A stretch of 64,000 nucleotides of DNA from Terriglobales bacterium (GCA_036522035.1 DATDGP010000220.1:19407-83406), one strand, 5' to 3'. Shown: positions 46,728-56,026, counted from the stretch's first letter. Numbers and translations: made by a program. Notes: generated from the sequence alone by a model not told the origin.

Positions 46728-47777
46728 TTATTTCTTCGCGGTCCTCGCACCGGCGGGGAAATTTGGTGAGTCAGGGACCAGGACGACGTTCCAAGTCTGA
46801 TCGGGGCTATAGTCCGCAATCGCCGGAGCTAGGTCGTCGGTCTTTTCACCCAAATCCTTTTGGTAGATGACTCCATCTTTGCTGACCAGGAAGGTCATGA
46901 TTCCCGAATCTTTGTACTTCGCCGGCCAGGCCAGAACCGCAAAGCCGCCGGTCAACTTTCCACCAGCCATGTAGTCTTTGGAGCCGCCCTTGGCCTCGTC
47001 TCCCTGTTGGGTGAGGATCTTGTAGTGATAGCCGATGAAGGGTTGAGTTTTGTCTTTCGCCGAATACCCAAGCTCCTTTGCGACGTCGGCCAATCGGCCC
47101 AGAGGACTGGGAGTTTGACCCGCAACTACCGGCCAAAACAGTCCGTTGTGCTGACCTTCATCGCTGAGGAACTTCTGTGCGTATTGATGCGCCTGCTGAA
47201 AGTATTCGCGCTGGGCATTGGCAACCTCGCTGAGCACGCCAATTGCGGTCAGCTCGTCGTTGCCGATGCGGCGCGCCAGAACCTCATCTTTGCCCGCCGC
47301 GGTGTTGAAAGCCCACTGGCCGGCGGCGTTCTGGTTCAGCTGAATAGGAAAAGGAAAGTTATCGGCGCCAATGTAAAGGGTCTCTCCGCCGGTTTGGCTC
47401 TTGCTCCAGCGGTGCATCTGGCTGTACGCCTTGGTAAAGCTTTCGGCAGTGTTCTTGTCTTTCACGGGATCGCCGGAGAAGAGGACGTCCTTGCCCTCCG
47501 GACCAAAAATGACCATCAGCGCGCCTTCATCGCCGGCCTTAGCGGCTTCGAACAAAGCAGCACCGGCCGCCTCCGGCGAGGCAAAGGTTCTCTGCACCGC
47601 GTTTGCCTCGGTTGCTGGTGCCGATGTTGCCGGCTCCCCCGATTTCTCCGCAGCCTTCGACTCGCGCTGTTTGCATGCCGACAAACTCAGCGCCAGCACG
47701 CAAGCTGCAGCCAGTATGAGCAGCCGCGAGCCGGGCCGTGACGTACAGATCTTTTGCTTCTCTCTCAGAAACCACAT
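46728..47777 (-). CDS. Secreted DUF2950 family protein
   Basis: The ATG at 47777 has a GGAGG upstream and lies within ORF 46728..48341(-). It has a lipoprotein-like signal (LLILAAACVLALSLSAC). Typical DUF2950 blocks are present (RTFASPEAAGAALFEAAKAGD, LYIGADNFPFPIQL, NAQREYF, GYHYKILT, FAVLAWPAKY). Confidence 0.8.
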   Translation of the reverse strand: MWFLREKQKICTSRPGSRLLILAAACVLALSLSACKQRESKAAEKSGEPATSAPATEANAVQRTFASPEAAGAALFEAAKAGDEGALMVIFGPEGKDVLFSGDPVKDKNTAESFTKAYSQMHRWSKSQTGGETLYIGADNFPFPIQLNQNAAGQWAFNTAAGKDEVLARRIGNDELTAIGVLSEVANAQREYFQQAHQYAQKFLSDEGQHNGLFWPVVAGQTPSPLGRLADVAKELGYSAKDKTQPFIGYHYKILTQQGDEAKGGSKDYMAGGKLTGGFAVLAWPAKYKDSGIMTFLVSKDGVIYQKDLGEKTDDLAPAIADYSPDQTWNVVLVPDSPNFPAGARTAKK

Positions 47778-47835
47778 ACTACGTCCTCCAAGCTCCCTGT
47801 CTTGTGCTTGTTTTTCTGTTGCGCTTCGGCCGATG

Positions 47836-49089
47836 TCAGCGACGGCCATGAAATCCTCCGGTGGCGTGCGCGCTTCCCCAGCCCCGCGAACTCGCGGCCC
47901 GGGCCGACGCGCCGTCATCGTGAGCCCAGCCGCTGCTAGTGCCCCCATAGTGCTGGCCGCTGGCCGTGGTGCCGCCAGCATAGTGCTGGCCCGTACTGGT
48001 GGATCCGTGAGCCACGGTGCCTCCGGCTGCGGTCTGACTGGCCCCATAGTGGTAGCCCTGGCCGGTGGACGCGTTATAGCCGCTACCACCGGTATGGACA
48101 GCCCCGTTCTGGGCGTAGGTAGTGTGCTGGCTTCCGCTGCCCCAGGCGTTCGAGTACGCCCCGCCCGTGTGGTAGTTTCCGTTGGCGCTGTAACCGTGAT
48201 AACCAGCGGCCGACCCGTAGGCCCCGTGATACGAGGCGGCGCCATAACCGCCGTATCCGTGATAGCCGTAAGCGCCGTAGGCGCCGTGCCAGGCAGCGCT
48301 ACCGTAGTAGGGGTGGCCGGCCCAACCCACATATCCTCCATGCCAGTTAACGTTCCATGTGCTCCAGCCCCACGTGTGACAGCACCCCCCGGCCATTAGA
48401 GCGCCAATGGCAATGCCGGTGCCGAATGAAATCACACTGGCAGCAGCGACCTCGCCGGCGGTGTATCCGGGCACTACGTAGGGAGTGCCATAGATGACGG
48501 TGGGATTGTATTGCGGCACGTAGACCACTTGCGGATTCGACGGTTCGATCACAATCGTGCTGGGCGATTGCTGCACCACTGTAATCTGCGAACTGGATTT
48601 GAGATTTCCTGCAGCCTTGGCTTTGGCCCGTAGCGTCTGGACCGCGGCCATCACATCCTTTGCCTGAAAGTGATAGACCTCGCCCAGCTGGGACGTCCAA
48701 GCTAAATTCTTGGCCATATTGTCGATGACCGAGGGAAACGCCGCAAGCGCTTTCACGCTAGGGTCCCAGTCTTGTTTGTCGACTTCGTTCATCAGCTTGT
48801 CGCCGGTCAAATCCTTGTGGTCCTGGAGCCAGTTTTGCGCCAGAGCGACCTGATCTGGAAACGTGGCTGCGGAGAGTACCTGGGCCACAAGAGCATCCGG
48901 GTAGAGCGCGATCGGAGCTACCAGCGCCTGGATTTGTTCGGCGCTCTGGGGGGCGGGATCTGCGGCGTTCTGGGCATTGTTCTCCTCCCCCGCCGGAGCC
49001 TGATAGCTATAACCGGCCTGCCCCGTCACGGCGATCAGAACCACACTTAAGGCCACTGACAATGCTTTCCTCGATGTTGTCGCGATCAT
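47836..49089 (-). CDS. DUF3300 domain-containing protein with Gly/Tyr/His-rich C-terminal tail
   Basis: The ATG at 49089 gives MIATTSRKALSVALSVVLIAVTG. The DUF3300 signature is LVAPIALYPDALVAQVLSAATFPDQVALAQNWL. A hydrophobic segment (SVISFGTGIAIGALMAGGCC) follows, then a ~170-aa G/Y/H/A/S-rich tail (47836-48345). Confidence 0.8.
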   Translation of the reverse strand: MIATTSRKALSVALSVVLIAVTGQAGYSYQAPAGEENNAQNAADPAPQSAEQIQALVAPIALYPDALVAQVLSAATFPDQVALAQNWLQDHKDLTGDKLMNEVDKQDWDPSVKALAAFPSVIDNMAKNLAWTSQLGEVYHFQAKDVMAAVQTLRAKAKAAGNLKSSSQITVVQQSPSTIVIEPSNPQVVYVPQYNPTVIYGTPYVVPGYTAGEVAAASVISFGTGIAIGALMAGGCCHTWGWSTWNVNWHGGYVGWAGHPYYGSAAWHGAYGAYGYHGYGGYGAASYHGAYGSAAGYHGYSANGNYHTGGAYSNAWGSGSQHTTYAQNGAVHTGGSGYNASTGQGYHYGASQTAAGGTVAHGSTSTGQHYAGGTTASGQHYGGTSSGWAHDDGASARAASSRGWGSAHATGGFHGRR

Positions 49090-49388
49090 GATTACCCCCG
49101 GGCGATTGCCTGATCTGAATTCCACGGCATTGCAGCGTTCCTAACCTGCTGCCCAGCACTGCACGTTGTCCAAAACCAATTCGCTCGTTTCGTTTCTTCT
49201 ACCGATGCCACTGGTAGCGGGCAGGTGGCCTGTGCCGACCTAGTCTTGAGCAATCAAGAAAGATGCTTTCTCGTGATGGTCTGCAACTCCCGATCCGCAA
49301 TCTAGTGGCGCGAGATCCTGGTCCTTTCATGAAGACCGTCAAATGATTTTCCAGGAGAGACTCCGTCCCGTTGAGAGATTTCTTGGCT

Positions 49389-49415
49389 GGAACCGGAGCG
49401 GGACTGTCTGCGTAC
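49389..49415 (+). promoter_or_regulatory. Candidate ECF-type promoter (GGAAC-N17-CGTAC) upstream of the sigma factor gene
   Basis: GGAAC lies at 49389-49393 and CGTAC at 49411-49415, with a 17-nt spacer. It sits 210-290 nt upstream of the possible sigma start codons. This is a pattern match only. Confidence 0.25.
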
Positions 49416-49623
49416 CTTTCCCCAGTAGCGTTGTGCACCGTCCAGAGCGCAAAACCAGGGGCTGAAAACGCTTTTCGCCTGCCTTTTGCCTGTGGAAGGG
49501 TGGTTATTTGCAACTTCGCGCCCGCTTTCCCAAGTGTTCGAAAATGGGATAACCTCAGCTTACGGATCGTGTTTTATTACGTCCAAGTAATTGCAACGAG
49601 AGAGGATTACGAGGACTCAGAAG

Positions 49624-50298
49624 ATGCCGGCCGAAACAGCGGCTCTTATGGCAACGGTTGGCGCGAGCGGTACACGACGGAACTCCCAATGGTCGGGAGC
49701 GAGAGTGAGTCAAGCCCTAAGCCGAGTTAACGACAGTGAGCTGATTCGCGCGGCTCAGCGGGGGGACCGTTCGGCCTTCGAGGTTTTGGTCCGCCAGTAC
49801 GACCAGGCGGTGCTGCGGCTGGCCCTGCACCTTACGGGTTCAGAGGCCGACGCGCGTGATATCTACCAGGAGGCGTTCCTCAAGGCGTACCGGCACATCC
49901 AGAACTTCCGCTTTGAGTGCTCTTTTTATACCTGGATTTACCGCATCGTAACCAATCTCTGTCTCGACCATCTAAGGAAACGCCAGACGCGGCGTGAAGA
50001 TCCGCAGACGATCACTGACTCAAGCGGCCGTGAACTGGACGTTCTGGAGCGCGTGTCCGACGATCGCGCCGGAGCGAACCCGGAGCGCGATCTGATGCGG
50101 CGTGAGCTGGGAGCAAAGATCGCGCAGGCTCTCACCAAGCTGACGCCTCGCGAGCGCATGGTGTTCGAGCTGAAACATTACCAGGGACTGCGGTTGCGGA
50201 CGATCGGCGAGATGTTGAACACGACGGAGGAAACCGCCAAGAATACGCTGTTCCGGGCGACGCAGAAGTTGCGTAGCGTGCTGGCGCCGATGAGGTGA
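49624..50298 (+). CDS. ECF-family RNA polymerase sigma-70 factor
   Basis: Region 2 (LIRAAQRGDRSAFEVLVRQYDQAVLRLALHLTG...YQEAFLKAYRHIQNF...FYTWIYRIVTNLCLDHLR) and region 4 (LTPRERMVFELKHYQGLRLRTIGEMLNTTEETAKNTLFRATQKLR) are present. The start is uncertain: ATG 49624, or GTG 49705 preceded by GGGAGCGAGA. Confidence 0.9.
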   Translation: MPAETAALMATVGASGTRRNSQWSGARVSQALSRVNDSELIRAAQRGDRSAFEVLVRQYDQAVLRLALHLTGSEADARDIYQEAFLKAYRHIQNFRFECSFYTWIYRIVTNLCLDHLRKRQTRREDPQTITDSSGRELDVLERVSDDRAGANPERDLMRRELGAKIAQALTKLTPRERMVFELKHYQGLRLRTIGEMLNTTEETAKNTLFRATQKLRSVLAPMR

Positions 50299-50330
50299 TC
50301 GCCGGCAAGCAAGAAAGTGGGGTAATCGGT

Positions 50331-51251
50331 ATGAATTGCGATTGGACCAAAGACAACATTGTTCTCTACATCTACGAAGAGCTTGCCGACGATGCCCGGT
50401 TCGAGTTCGAGCGGCACGTGCAGCGCTGCCTCTCTTGCCACGCGGAGCTAGAATCGGCCCGTGAGTTCAAGGAGCAGATGGCCAGTCTGCCGGTACAGGA
50501 TGTTTCGCCGAACCTGTTGGCCTCCAATCGGATGGAACTTCAGGAAGCTCTGGAGCACACCGAGCAGAGGCGTAGCGGTTTCGGGATGTTCGTCTTCGAC
50601 TTCGCCGGGTGGATGCACCAGATCAAACTTGCTCCGGCCCTCACAGCGGCTCTGCTCATCATGGGCTTTGCCGGTGGGACGATTACCGGGTTCCGCGTTG
50701 CTACGAGAGATCCAGGGCCGATCGTTGAACCACCGCAGGCACAGATTGCCGGGATCGAATCCATCACCCGCGAGCCAAATTCCGATCAGGTAACGATCAA
50801 GTATGACACTCTGAGTCCCCAGGTATATGTCAGCAGCGCGAACGACCCAAAGATCCAGGAGTTTCTTCTGCTCGGTACGCGCAACAACCGCGATTCGGGT
50901 GTACGTCTGAATTCTATTGACATTCTGAAGACGCAACCCGAAGATAACGCCGTTCGCGAAGCTCTGATTTATGCTTTGCGCTACGACCAGAACCCAGGTG
51001 TCCGGCTCGAGTCGCTGAACGGTTTGAAAGGCTACGTGAAGGACGACGTGCAGGTTCGCGATGCGGTGCTGGAGGCGCTCCTGCATGACAGCAACGCCGG
51101 CGTTCGCACCCAAGCGATCAGCCTATTGGATCAGGTGAAAGCGGATTCCAGCGTGCGCGACACTTTAAAGTTCCTGGCCGATCGTGACTCCAACAAGTTC
51201 ATTAGCAGCGAAGCCCGGAGAATCTTGGCCAGCACTCCCAACCTGGACTGA
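50331..51251 (+). CDS. Anti-sigma factor: zf-HC2 N-domain, one TM segment, C-terminal HEAT-like repeats
   Basis: MNCDW...FEFERHVQRCLSCHAEL carries the H-x3-C-x2-C motif. A TM segment follows (LAPALTAALLIMGFAGGTITGF). The repeated xxGVRLxSIxxL / NPGVRLESL / NAGVRTQAI units resemble HEAT repeats. An alternative GTG start at 50295 overlaps the sigma stop. Confidence 0.75.
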   Translation: MNCDWTKDNIVLYIYEELADDARFEFERHVQRCLSCHAELESAREFKEQMASLPVQDVSPNLLASNRMELQEALEHTEQRRSGFGMFVFDFAGWMHQIKLAPALTAALLIMGFAGGTITGFRVATRDPGPIVEPPQAQIAGIESITREPNSDQVTIKYDTLSPQVYVSSANDPKIQEFLLLGTRNNRDSGVRLNSIDILKTQPEDNAVREALIYALRYDQNPGVRLESLNGLKGYVKDDVQVRDAVLEALLHDSNAGVRTQAISLLDQVKADSSVRDTLKFLADRDSNKFISSEARRILASTPNLD

Positions 51252-51294
51252 GAGGAAATCTGAAGTAGGACAGGAAACAGTACGGAAAAAAACT

Positions 51295-52440
51295 ATGGGC
51301 CAAAAACTTAAAATCGCGACGCTCTTTTTTGCAGCCAGCATGGCTGGGGTGGCGCAAACCCCCAACTCCTCTCCCGGTTCCAGTTCTCGGCTCTATCGCC
51401 AAGGCAACGAATGGGTTCAGGAGATCTCCGGCACTTTGCCGGCGCGGAGAGTGGTTCGGGTCAAGTCGAGCGCCGGCTCCATCAAGGTGCAGGGCGGGAC
51501 CGAAACGAGCGTTTCCTTCACCGTCCGCGAGCACATCCGGGCCGCCACGGAGGAAGCCGCCAAGAAAGAACTAAGCCGCCTGAAGTTCAGCACCTATAGC
51601 GCTGGCGAAACTGTCCTACGTGCTGAATGCGAAGGTTCCAACCATGGGTATATCGACTTCGATCTACAGATTCCCTCGCAGACCGCCGCGGTCAAGCTGG
51701 AAACCGACGGCGGCGCGGTCACGGCGAAGAATCTTTCCGGCAGGATTGATGTTGCCACCGGCGGCGGCGACATCTGGTTGGACCAGATCGGCGGATTGGT
51801 TTCGGTCGCCAGCGGCGGCGGTAACATCGAGATCGGCAAGGCCGGAAATGACGTGAGCGCGGCCACTGGCGGCGGCAATATTCACATCGATTCGGCTGCC
51901 GGAAAAGTAACCGCCAATTCAGGCGGTGGCAATTTACGAGTCGGCGAAGCCAGGGTGATGTTTCTGCAGACCGGCGGGGGATGGATTCAAGTCAGCAAAT
52001 GCCAGGGACAGATCAAGGCCGAAACTGGCGGCGGTAGCATTGAGCTCAAAGAAATCCTGGGAGCCGCTCAGATCGAGAGCGGAGGTGGTGGTATCAGAGT
52101 AGGCCCCATCCGCGGGGGGGTGCACGCGGAAACCGGAAGCGGCCCGATCGTCGCGACGCTGGCCGGTGGCAAAGCCTTCACCGACTCGCGCCTCGAGACC
52201 ACGGTCGGCGACATCACCGTCTATGTTCCCGACGGCCTGGGAGTCACGGTCCGCGCCAACGTCGACGTGGCGCGCGGCTATGGAATTCATAGCGATTTTC
52301 CGGAACTGAAGATTACCAGTTCCAACAATGTCGGGCCACGCGAGGCTTTTGCCGAGGGCAGCATCAACGGTGGCGGACCGATTCTGCACGTCCACACCTC
52401 GACGGGGAACATCGTGTTCAAACGAAAGGACAAGCAGTAG
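51295..52440 (+). CDS. DUF4097 family beta-strand repeat protein (putative adhesin-like)
   Basis: The ATG at 51295 gives the signal peptide MGQKLKIATLFFAASMAGVAQ. Many repeats of the form xTGGGxIxL/V are present (ATGGGDIWL, ASGGGNIEI, ATGGGNIHI, NSGGGNLRV, ETGGGSIEL, ESGGGGIRV). Confidence 0.75.
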   Translation: MGQKLKIATLFFAASMAGVAQTPNSSPGSSSRLYRQGNEWVQEISGTLPARRVVRVKSSAGSIKVQGGTETSVSFTVREHIRAATEEAAKKELSRLKFSTYSAGETVLRAECEGSNHGYIDFDLQIPSQTAAVKLETDGGAVTAKNLSGRIDVATGGGDIWLDQIGGLVSVASGGGNIEIGKAGNDVSAATGGGNIHIDSAAGKVTANSGGGNLRVGEARVMFLQTGGGWIQVSKCQGQIKAETGGGSIELKEILGAAQIESGGGGIRVGPIRGGVHAETGSGPIVATLAGGKAFTDSRLETTVGDITVYVPDGLGVTVRANVDVARGYGIHSDFPELKITSSNNVGPREAFAEGSINGGGPILHVHTSTGNIVFKRKDKQ

Positions 52441-52473
52441 CAGCTACTCGACAGGTGTCGGAGGAGTGTTTCC

Positions 52474-53568
52474 ATGATCCGCGTTATTGCAAGCACTGTG
52501 CTCGTGGCAGGACTGATATCGCCGGGTTGCCCGGCACAGCCCGAGGAGCAACTCAACAACGGACCTGGAGTTTTCGCCTTGTCGGATGGAGGCCGTTCCT
52601 ACCTTGGTGTCGACATCCAGGACATCACCGCCGATCGCGTTGGCACGCTGAAGCTCAAGGAAGAGCGCGGCGTAGAAGTCACCCTGGTTGATCAGGATGC
52701 GCCGGCGGGCAAAGCCGGGCTCAAAGAACATGATGTCATTCTGGATTTTAACGGCACGCGGGTAGAAAGCGAAGAGCAGTTGCGAAGGCTCATCCGCGAA
52801 ACGCCCCCCGGACGCACGGTAACGCTTGGCATCAGCCGCGATGGTAGCCCGCTGAAAATCAATGTTCAACTGGCCGATCGCGGGAAGAGTGCGGGGGAAG
52901 CCATGCCCAAGGTCTGGACCATGCCGCGCGTGCAGGAAATACCCAGAATTGAAATCCCCGGTTATACGTTCCAGGTCCAGACGTATTCCTCTACTCTGGG
53001 AATCCAGACGGAAAGCCTCAATCAGCAGCTTGCGGAGTTCTTCGGCGTGAAGGAAGGCGTGCTGGTACGCTCCGTCGAAAAGGGCAGCGCTGCCGAGAAG
53101 GCCGGCCTCAAAGCCGGTGACGTGATTATTCGCGCCGACAGCGAAAAACTGACGGATCGCTCCGATCTCTCCCGCATTTTGCGCAACCATCGCGAGGGCG
53201 GCAAGCTTTCGCTCGGGATTGTGCGCGACAAGCACGAGCAAACCGTCAACGTCGATTTGCCGCCGCGTAATCCTCGCGATTCATTCTGGCATGACTTTCC
53301 TTCCAGCGATTTCGAGTCCGATTGGATCGAGATCGAGAGTAACATGCGGAACATGATGAACGAATTACGTCCCGAAGTTGAACATGCTCGCCTGGTGGTA
53401 TCAACCGAGGCGCGTTCGGCTCTCGAGAAGGCGCAACAGCAGCTGAGAGAATCCAAACCCGCGATCGACAAAGCGATGCGCCAGGCGCAATCAAAACTTC
53501 GTCGAAGCCAGCGTCTTCTGGAACAACAGAAGCAGGAACTCCAGAATAAGCTGCACACTATGATCTAG
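52474..53568 (+). CDS. Secreted protein with two PDZ domains and a C-terminal coiled-coil/charged region
   Basis: A GGAGG lies upstream, and the signal peptide is MIRVIASTVLVAGLISPGCPAQ. Two PDZ-like modules are present (GVEVTLVDQDAPAGKAGLKEHDVILDFNG; GVLVRSVEKGSAAEKAGLKAGDVIIRAD). No protease domain is seen. Confidence 0.75.
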   Translation: MIRVIASTVLVAGLISPGCPAQPEEQLNNGPGVFALSDGGRSYLGVDIQDITADRVGTLKLKEERGVEVTLVDQDAPAGKAGLKEHDVILDFNGTRVESEEQLRRLIRETPPGRTVTLGISRDGSPLKINVQLADRGKSAGEAMPKVWTMPRVQEIPRIEIPGYTFQVQTYSSTLGIQTESLNQQLAEFFGVKEGVLVRSVEKGSAAEKAGLKAGDVIIRADSEKLTDRSDLSRILRNHREGGKLSLGIVRDKHEQTVNVDLPPRNPRDSFWHDFPSSDFESDWIEIESNMRNMMNELRPEVEHARLVVSTEARSALEKAQQQLRESKPAIDKAMRQAQSKLRRSQRLLEQQKQELQNKLHTMI

Positions 53569-53592
53569 TGTCTCGTTTCCTCCGCTTGCGAT

Positions 53593-53615
53593 CGCGGCTT
53601 CGGCCGCGCTTTTTT
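53593..53615 (+). terminator. Rho-independent terminator of the sigma/anti-sigma/DUF4097/PDZ operon
   Basis: CGCGGC (53593-53598), a TTCG tetraloop, then GCCGCG (53603-53608), followed by CTTTTTT (53609-53615). It starts 25 nt after the PDZ gene stop. Confidence 0.8.
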
Positions 53616-53626
53616 CGAGTGGACTC

Positions 53627-54520
53627 TCAATTGGGAGGAACGATCGCGATCATGGTCCCGGGATCGACATATAGTCCCTGCCAGCGAACCGCAAAGTGCA
53701 AATGCGGACCCGTGCTTCTACCGGTGTTGCCGCTCAAACCCAGTACCTCGCCGCTTTCAACCGTCTGGCCTTCTCTAACCTTGATTTCAGACAGATGCAT
53801 GTAGAGGGTAACCAAGCCCTGGCCGTGGTCCACCGCGACGCAGTTGCCTTCGTAGTACAAGTTTCGGGCCAAAAGCACAGTACCGCGGTTAGAAGCGCGC
53901 ACCGTGGTCCCGATCGGGGCGTGGTAATCGGCGCCTTCGTGTGGGCGGCTTTTGACGCCGTTCAAGACGCGCGCGGCTCCGAAACCGCCAGAGACTCCGG
54001 TTCGAACTGGAGGTAAAAAACGGCCCACCCACAACGTTTGCGGCAATACTTCTGCGAACAGCTTCTTTTTGAGCGCCTGCTCTTCCTCAATTCGGGCCTG
54101 GACCTCGGGGGGCGGCTGAACAAATTTGGGCGCAACCGTCAACGAGCTGAGGGGATAGTGTTTCTCATGCACCACGACTTCGTCGCTAAAGGTTAACTCG
54201 GGATTGTCTTTGGCCGAGCCTTTCAGCTGCAACGTGTGTTTGCCTGGGCGAGTGTCGAGATCGACTCCCGCAATCGCAAACCAGCACTCGCATGCACTGC
54301 TGAACCGAAAGTCGACGGTCCGATCCGCCCAGGTTCCATGGAGCGCCTGGATCGAGGAGGGCGCAGCTACGCGGAACAGGACCGCTGATCCATTCACCAG
54401 GTTTGACGGTTGGTAGGTGACCGTCCAGGAATCCGCGGTCCCAATTCTCGCCACGGGGAACACGGGAGCCCAGAGCACGATTGCCGCGAGCGCGATGCGG
54501 GAGAAGAGATGAATTCTCAT
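53627..54520 (-). CDS. M23 family metallopeptidase (peptidoglycan endopeptidase)
   Basis: 297 aa with a signal peptide. LytM-type motifs are present: HEGADYHAPIGTTV, DHGQGLVTLYMHLSEI and GNTGRSTGPHLHFAV. Confidence 0.9.
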   Translation of the reverse strand: MRIHLFSRIALAAIVLWAPVFPVARIGTADSWTVTYQPSNLVNGSAVLFRVAAPSSIQALHGTWADRTVDFRFSSACECWFAIAGVDLDTRPGKHTLQLKGSAKDNPELTFSDEVVVHEKHYPLSSLTVAPKFVQPPPEVQARIEEEQALKKKLFAEVLPQTLWVGRFLPPVRTGVSGGFGAARVLNGVKSRPHEGADYHAPIGTTVRASNRGTVLLARNLYYEGNCVAVDHGQGLVTLYMHLSEIKVREGQTVESGEVLGLSGNTGRSTGPHLHFAVRWQGLYVDPGTMIAIVPPN

Positions 54521-54539
54521 TTTCCGATCTCGCAGCCTT

Positions 54540-55778
54540 CTACTCGGACCAGCGGCGGAAGATCAACGATCCGTTGGTCCCACCAAAACCAAACGAATTG
54601 GAGAGCGCGATATTGATCGGCGCTTTGCGCGCGGTGTTCGGCACGTAATCGAGGTCGCAATCCGCATCTGGGGTCTCTAGGTTGATTGTCGGAGGCAGGA
54701 TCTGGTCTTTGAGCGCCAGGATGACGATGCCGGCTTCCAGGCCTCCGGCGCCACCGAGCAGGTGGCCGGTCATGGACTTGGTGGAGCTGACGGGCACTTT
54801 GGTATCAGCGCCAAAGGTGCGCTTGATGGCCTTGGTTTCGAGCACGTCTCCGATCGGCGTCGACGTCCCGTGAGCGTTGATGTAATCGATGTCTGTGGGC
54901 GAGAGCTTGGCATCGTTGATGGCGTTGCGCATCACGCGGTCGCCGCCTTCGCCGTCTTCGGCTGGCTGGGTGATGTGGTAGGCGTCAGCACTCATGCCGT
55001 AGCCGATGATCTCCGCCAGGATCGGGGCGTCGCGCTGCCTCGCGTGTTCCAGTTCCTCCAAGATCACGATCCCCGCGCCTTCGCCAATGACAAAGCCATC
55101 GCGACCGACATCCCAGGGACGGCTGGCCTTTCCCGGCTCGTCATTGCGCGTCGAAAGCGCACGCATCGCGCCGAAGCCGCCAACGCCCATCGGCGTGATC
55201 GCCGCCTCCGAGCCTCCCGCGATCATCACCTCGGCGTCGCAATGCTGGATGATACGGTAAGCATCGCCGATAGCGTGCGAGCTGGTGGTGCAGGCGGTGC
55301 AGGTCGCTTCATTCGGGCCTTTGGCGCCGTAGCGAATACTCACCTGCCCTGCCGCCAGGTTGACGATGGCAGCGGGAATAAAAAAAGGTGAGATCTTGCG
55401 CGGACCACCGGTGAGCAGGGCCAGGTGTTCGCGTTCAATCACGTCAAACCCGCCCACGCCTGAGCCGATGTGCACGCCCACCCGGGTAGCGTTCTGGGGC
55501 GTGATTCTCAGCCCGGACATCCGAACCGCCTCATCCGTGGCTGCGATAGCCAGATGGATGAAGCGGGCCATCTTTTTGACTTCTTTTTTTTCGATAAAGT
55601 TAAGCGGGTCGAAATTCTTGACTTCAGCGGCAATCTTGCACGCAAACTTGGAGGTGTCGAACGAGGTAATGGTGGCTACCCCGCCCTTTCCCGCAACAAT
55701 GTTTTTCCAAACCTCGACGCTGGTGTTCCCCACGCCGCAGATCAGGCCCAATCCCGTGACAACAACACGCCTGGCCAA
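54540..55778 (-). CDS. fabF: Beta-ketoacyl-[acyl-carrier-protein] synthase II
   Basis: 412 aa with the active-site Cys region ATCTACTTSSHAIGDA, and the His-His pair in YINAHGTSTPIGD and SMTGHLLGGAG. Confidence 0.95.
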   Translation of the reverse strand: MARRVVVTGLGLICGVGNTSVEVWKNIVAGKGGVATITSFDTSKFACKIAAEVKNFDPLNFIEKKEVKKMARFIHLAIAATDEAVRMSGLRITPQNATRVGVHIGSGVGGFDVIEREHLALLTGGPRKISPFFIPAAIVNLAAGQVSIRYGAKGPNEATCTACTTSSHAIGDAYRIIQHCDAEVMIAGGSEAAITPMGVGGFGAMRALSTRNDEPGKASRPWDVGRDGFVIGEGAGIVILEELEHARQRDAPILAEIIGYGMSADAYHITQPAEDGEGGDRVMRNAINDAKLSPTDIDYINAHGTSTPIGDVLETKAIKRTFGADTKVPVSSTKSMTGHLLGGAGGLEAGIVILALKDQILPPTINLETPDADCDLDYVPNTARKAPINIALSNSFGFGGTNGSLIFRRWSE

Positions 55779-55780
55779 GG

Positions 55781-56026
55781 TTACTTTCCTTTCGCATGCT
55801 TGTCGATGTAATCGATGGCGTCTTTCACGGTGCGTATCTTCTCCGCGTCTTCGTCCGGGATCTCGATTTCAAACGCTTCTTCGAACGCCATCACCAGCTC
55901 GACGGTGTCCAGGGAGTCTGCGCCCAGATCGTCCACGAAGGAGGCGTTGGGAGTCACCTCTCCCTCATCCACCCCGAGTTGCTCCACGATGATCTGTTTG
56001 ACCTTCTCTTCCACTGCGGTTGGCAT
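55781..56026 (-). CDS. acpP: Acyl carrier protein
   Basis: The ATG at 56026 gives [19 protein letters not shown]. The phosphopantetheine attachment motif is [18 protein letters not shown]. Confidence 0.95.
   Translation of the reverse strand: MPTAVEEKVKQIIVEQLGVDEGEVTPNASFVDDLGADSLDTVELVMAFEEAFEIEIPDEDAEKIRTVKDAIDYIDKHAKGK

Noticed and set aside
47778-48341. N-terminal 188 codons of track ORF 46728..48341(-), which would make a 537-aa protein
   Set aside because: This part overlaps the Gly/Tyr/His-rich tail of the DUF3300 gene in another frame and translates to Pro/Thr/Ala/Arg low-complexity sequence. The DUF2950 homology, a Shine-Dalgarno sequence and a lipoprotein signal all begin at the internal ATG 47777.
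47401-48399. 332-aa plus-strand ORF
   Set aside because: It is antisense to both the DUF2950 and DUF3300 genes. It has an Ala/Ser/Val/Pro-rich composition and no motifs, so it is a composition artefact.
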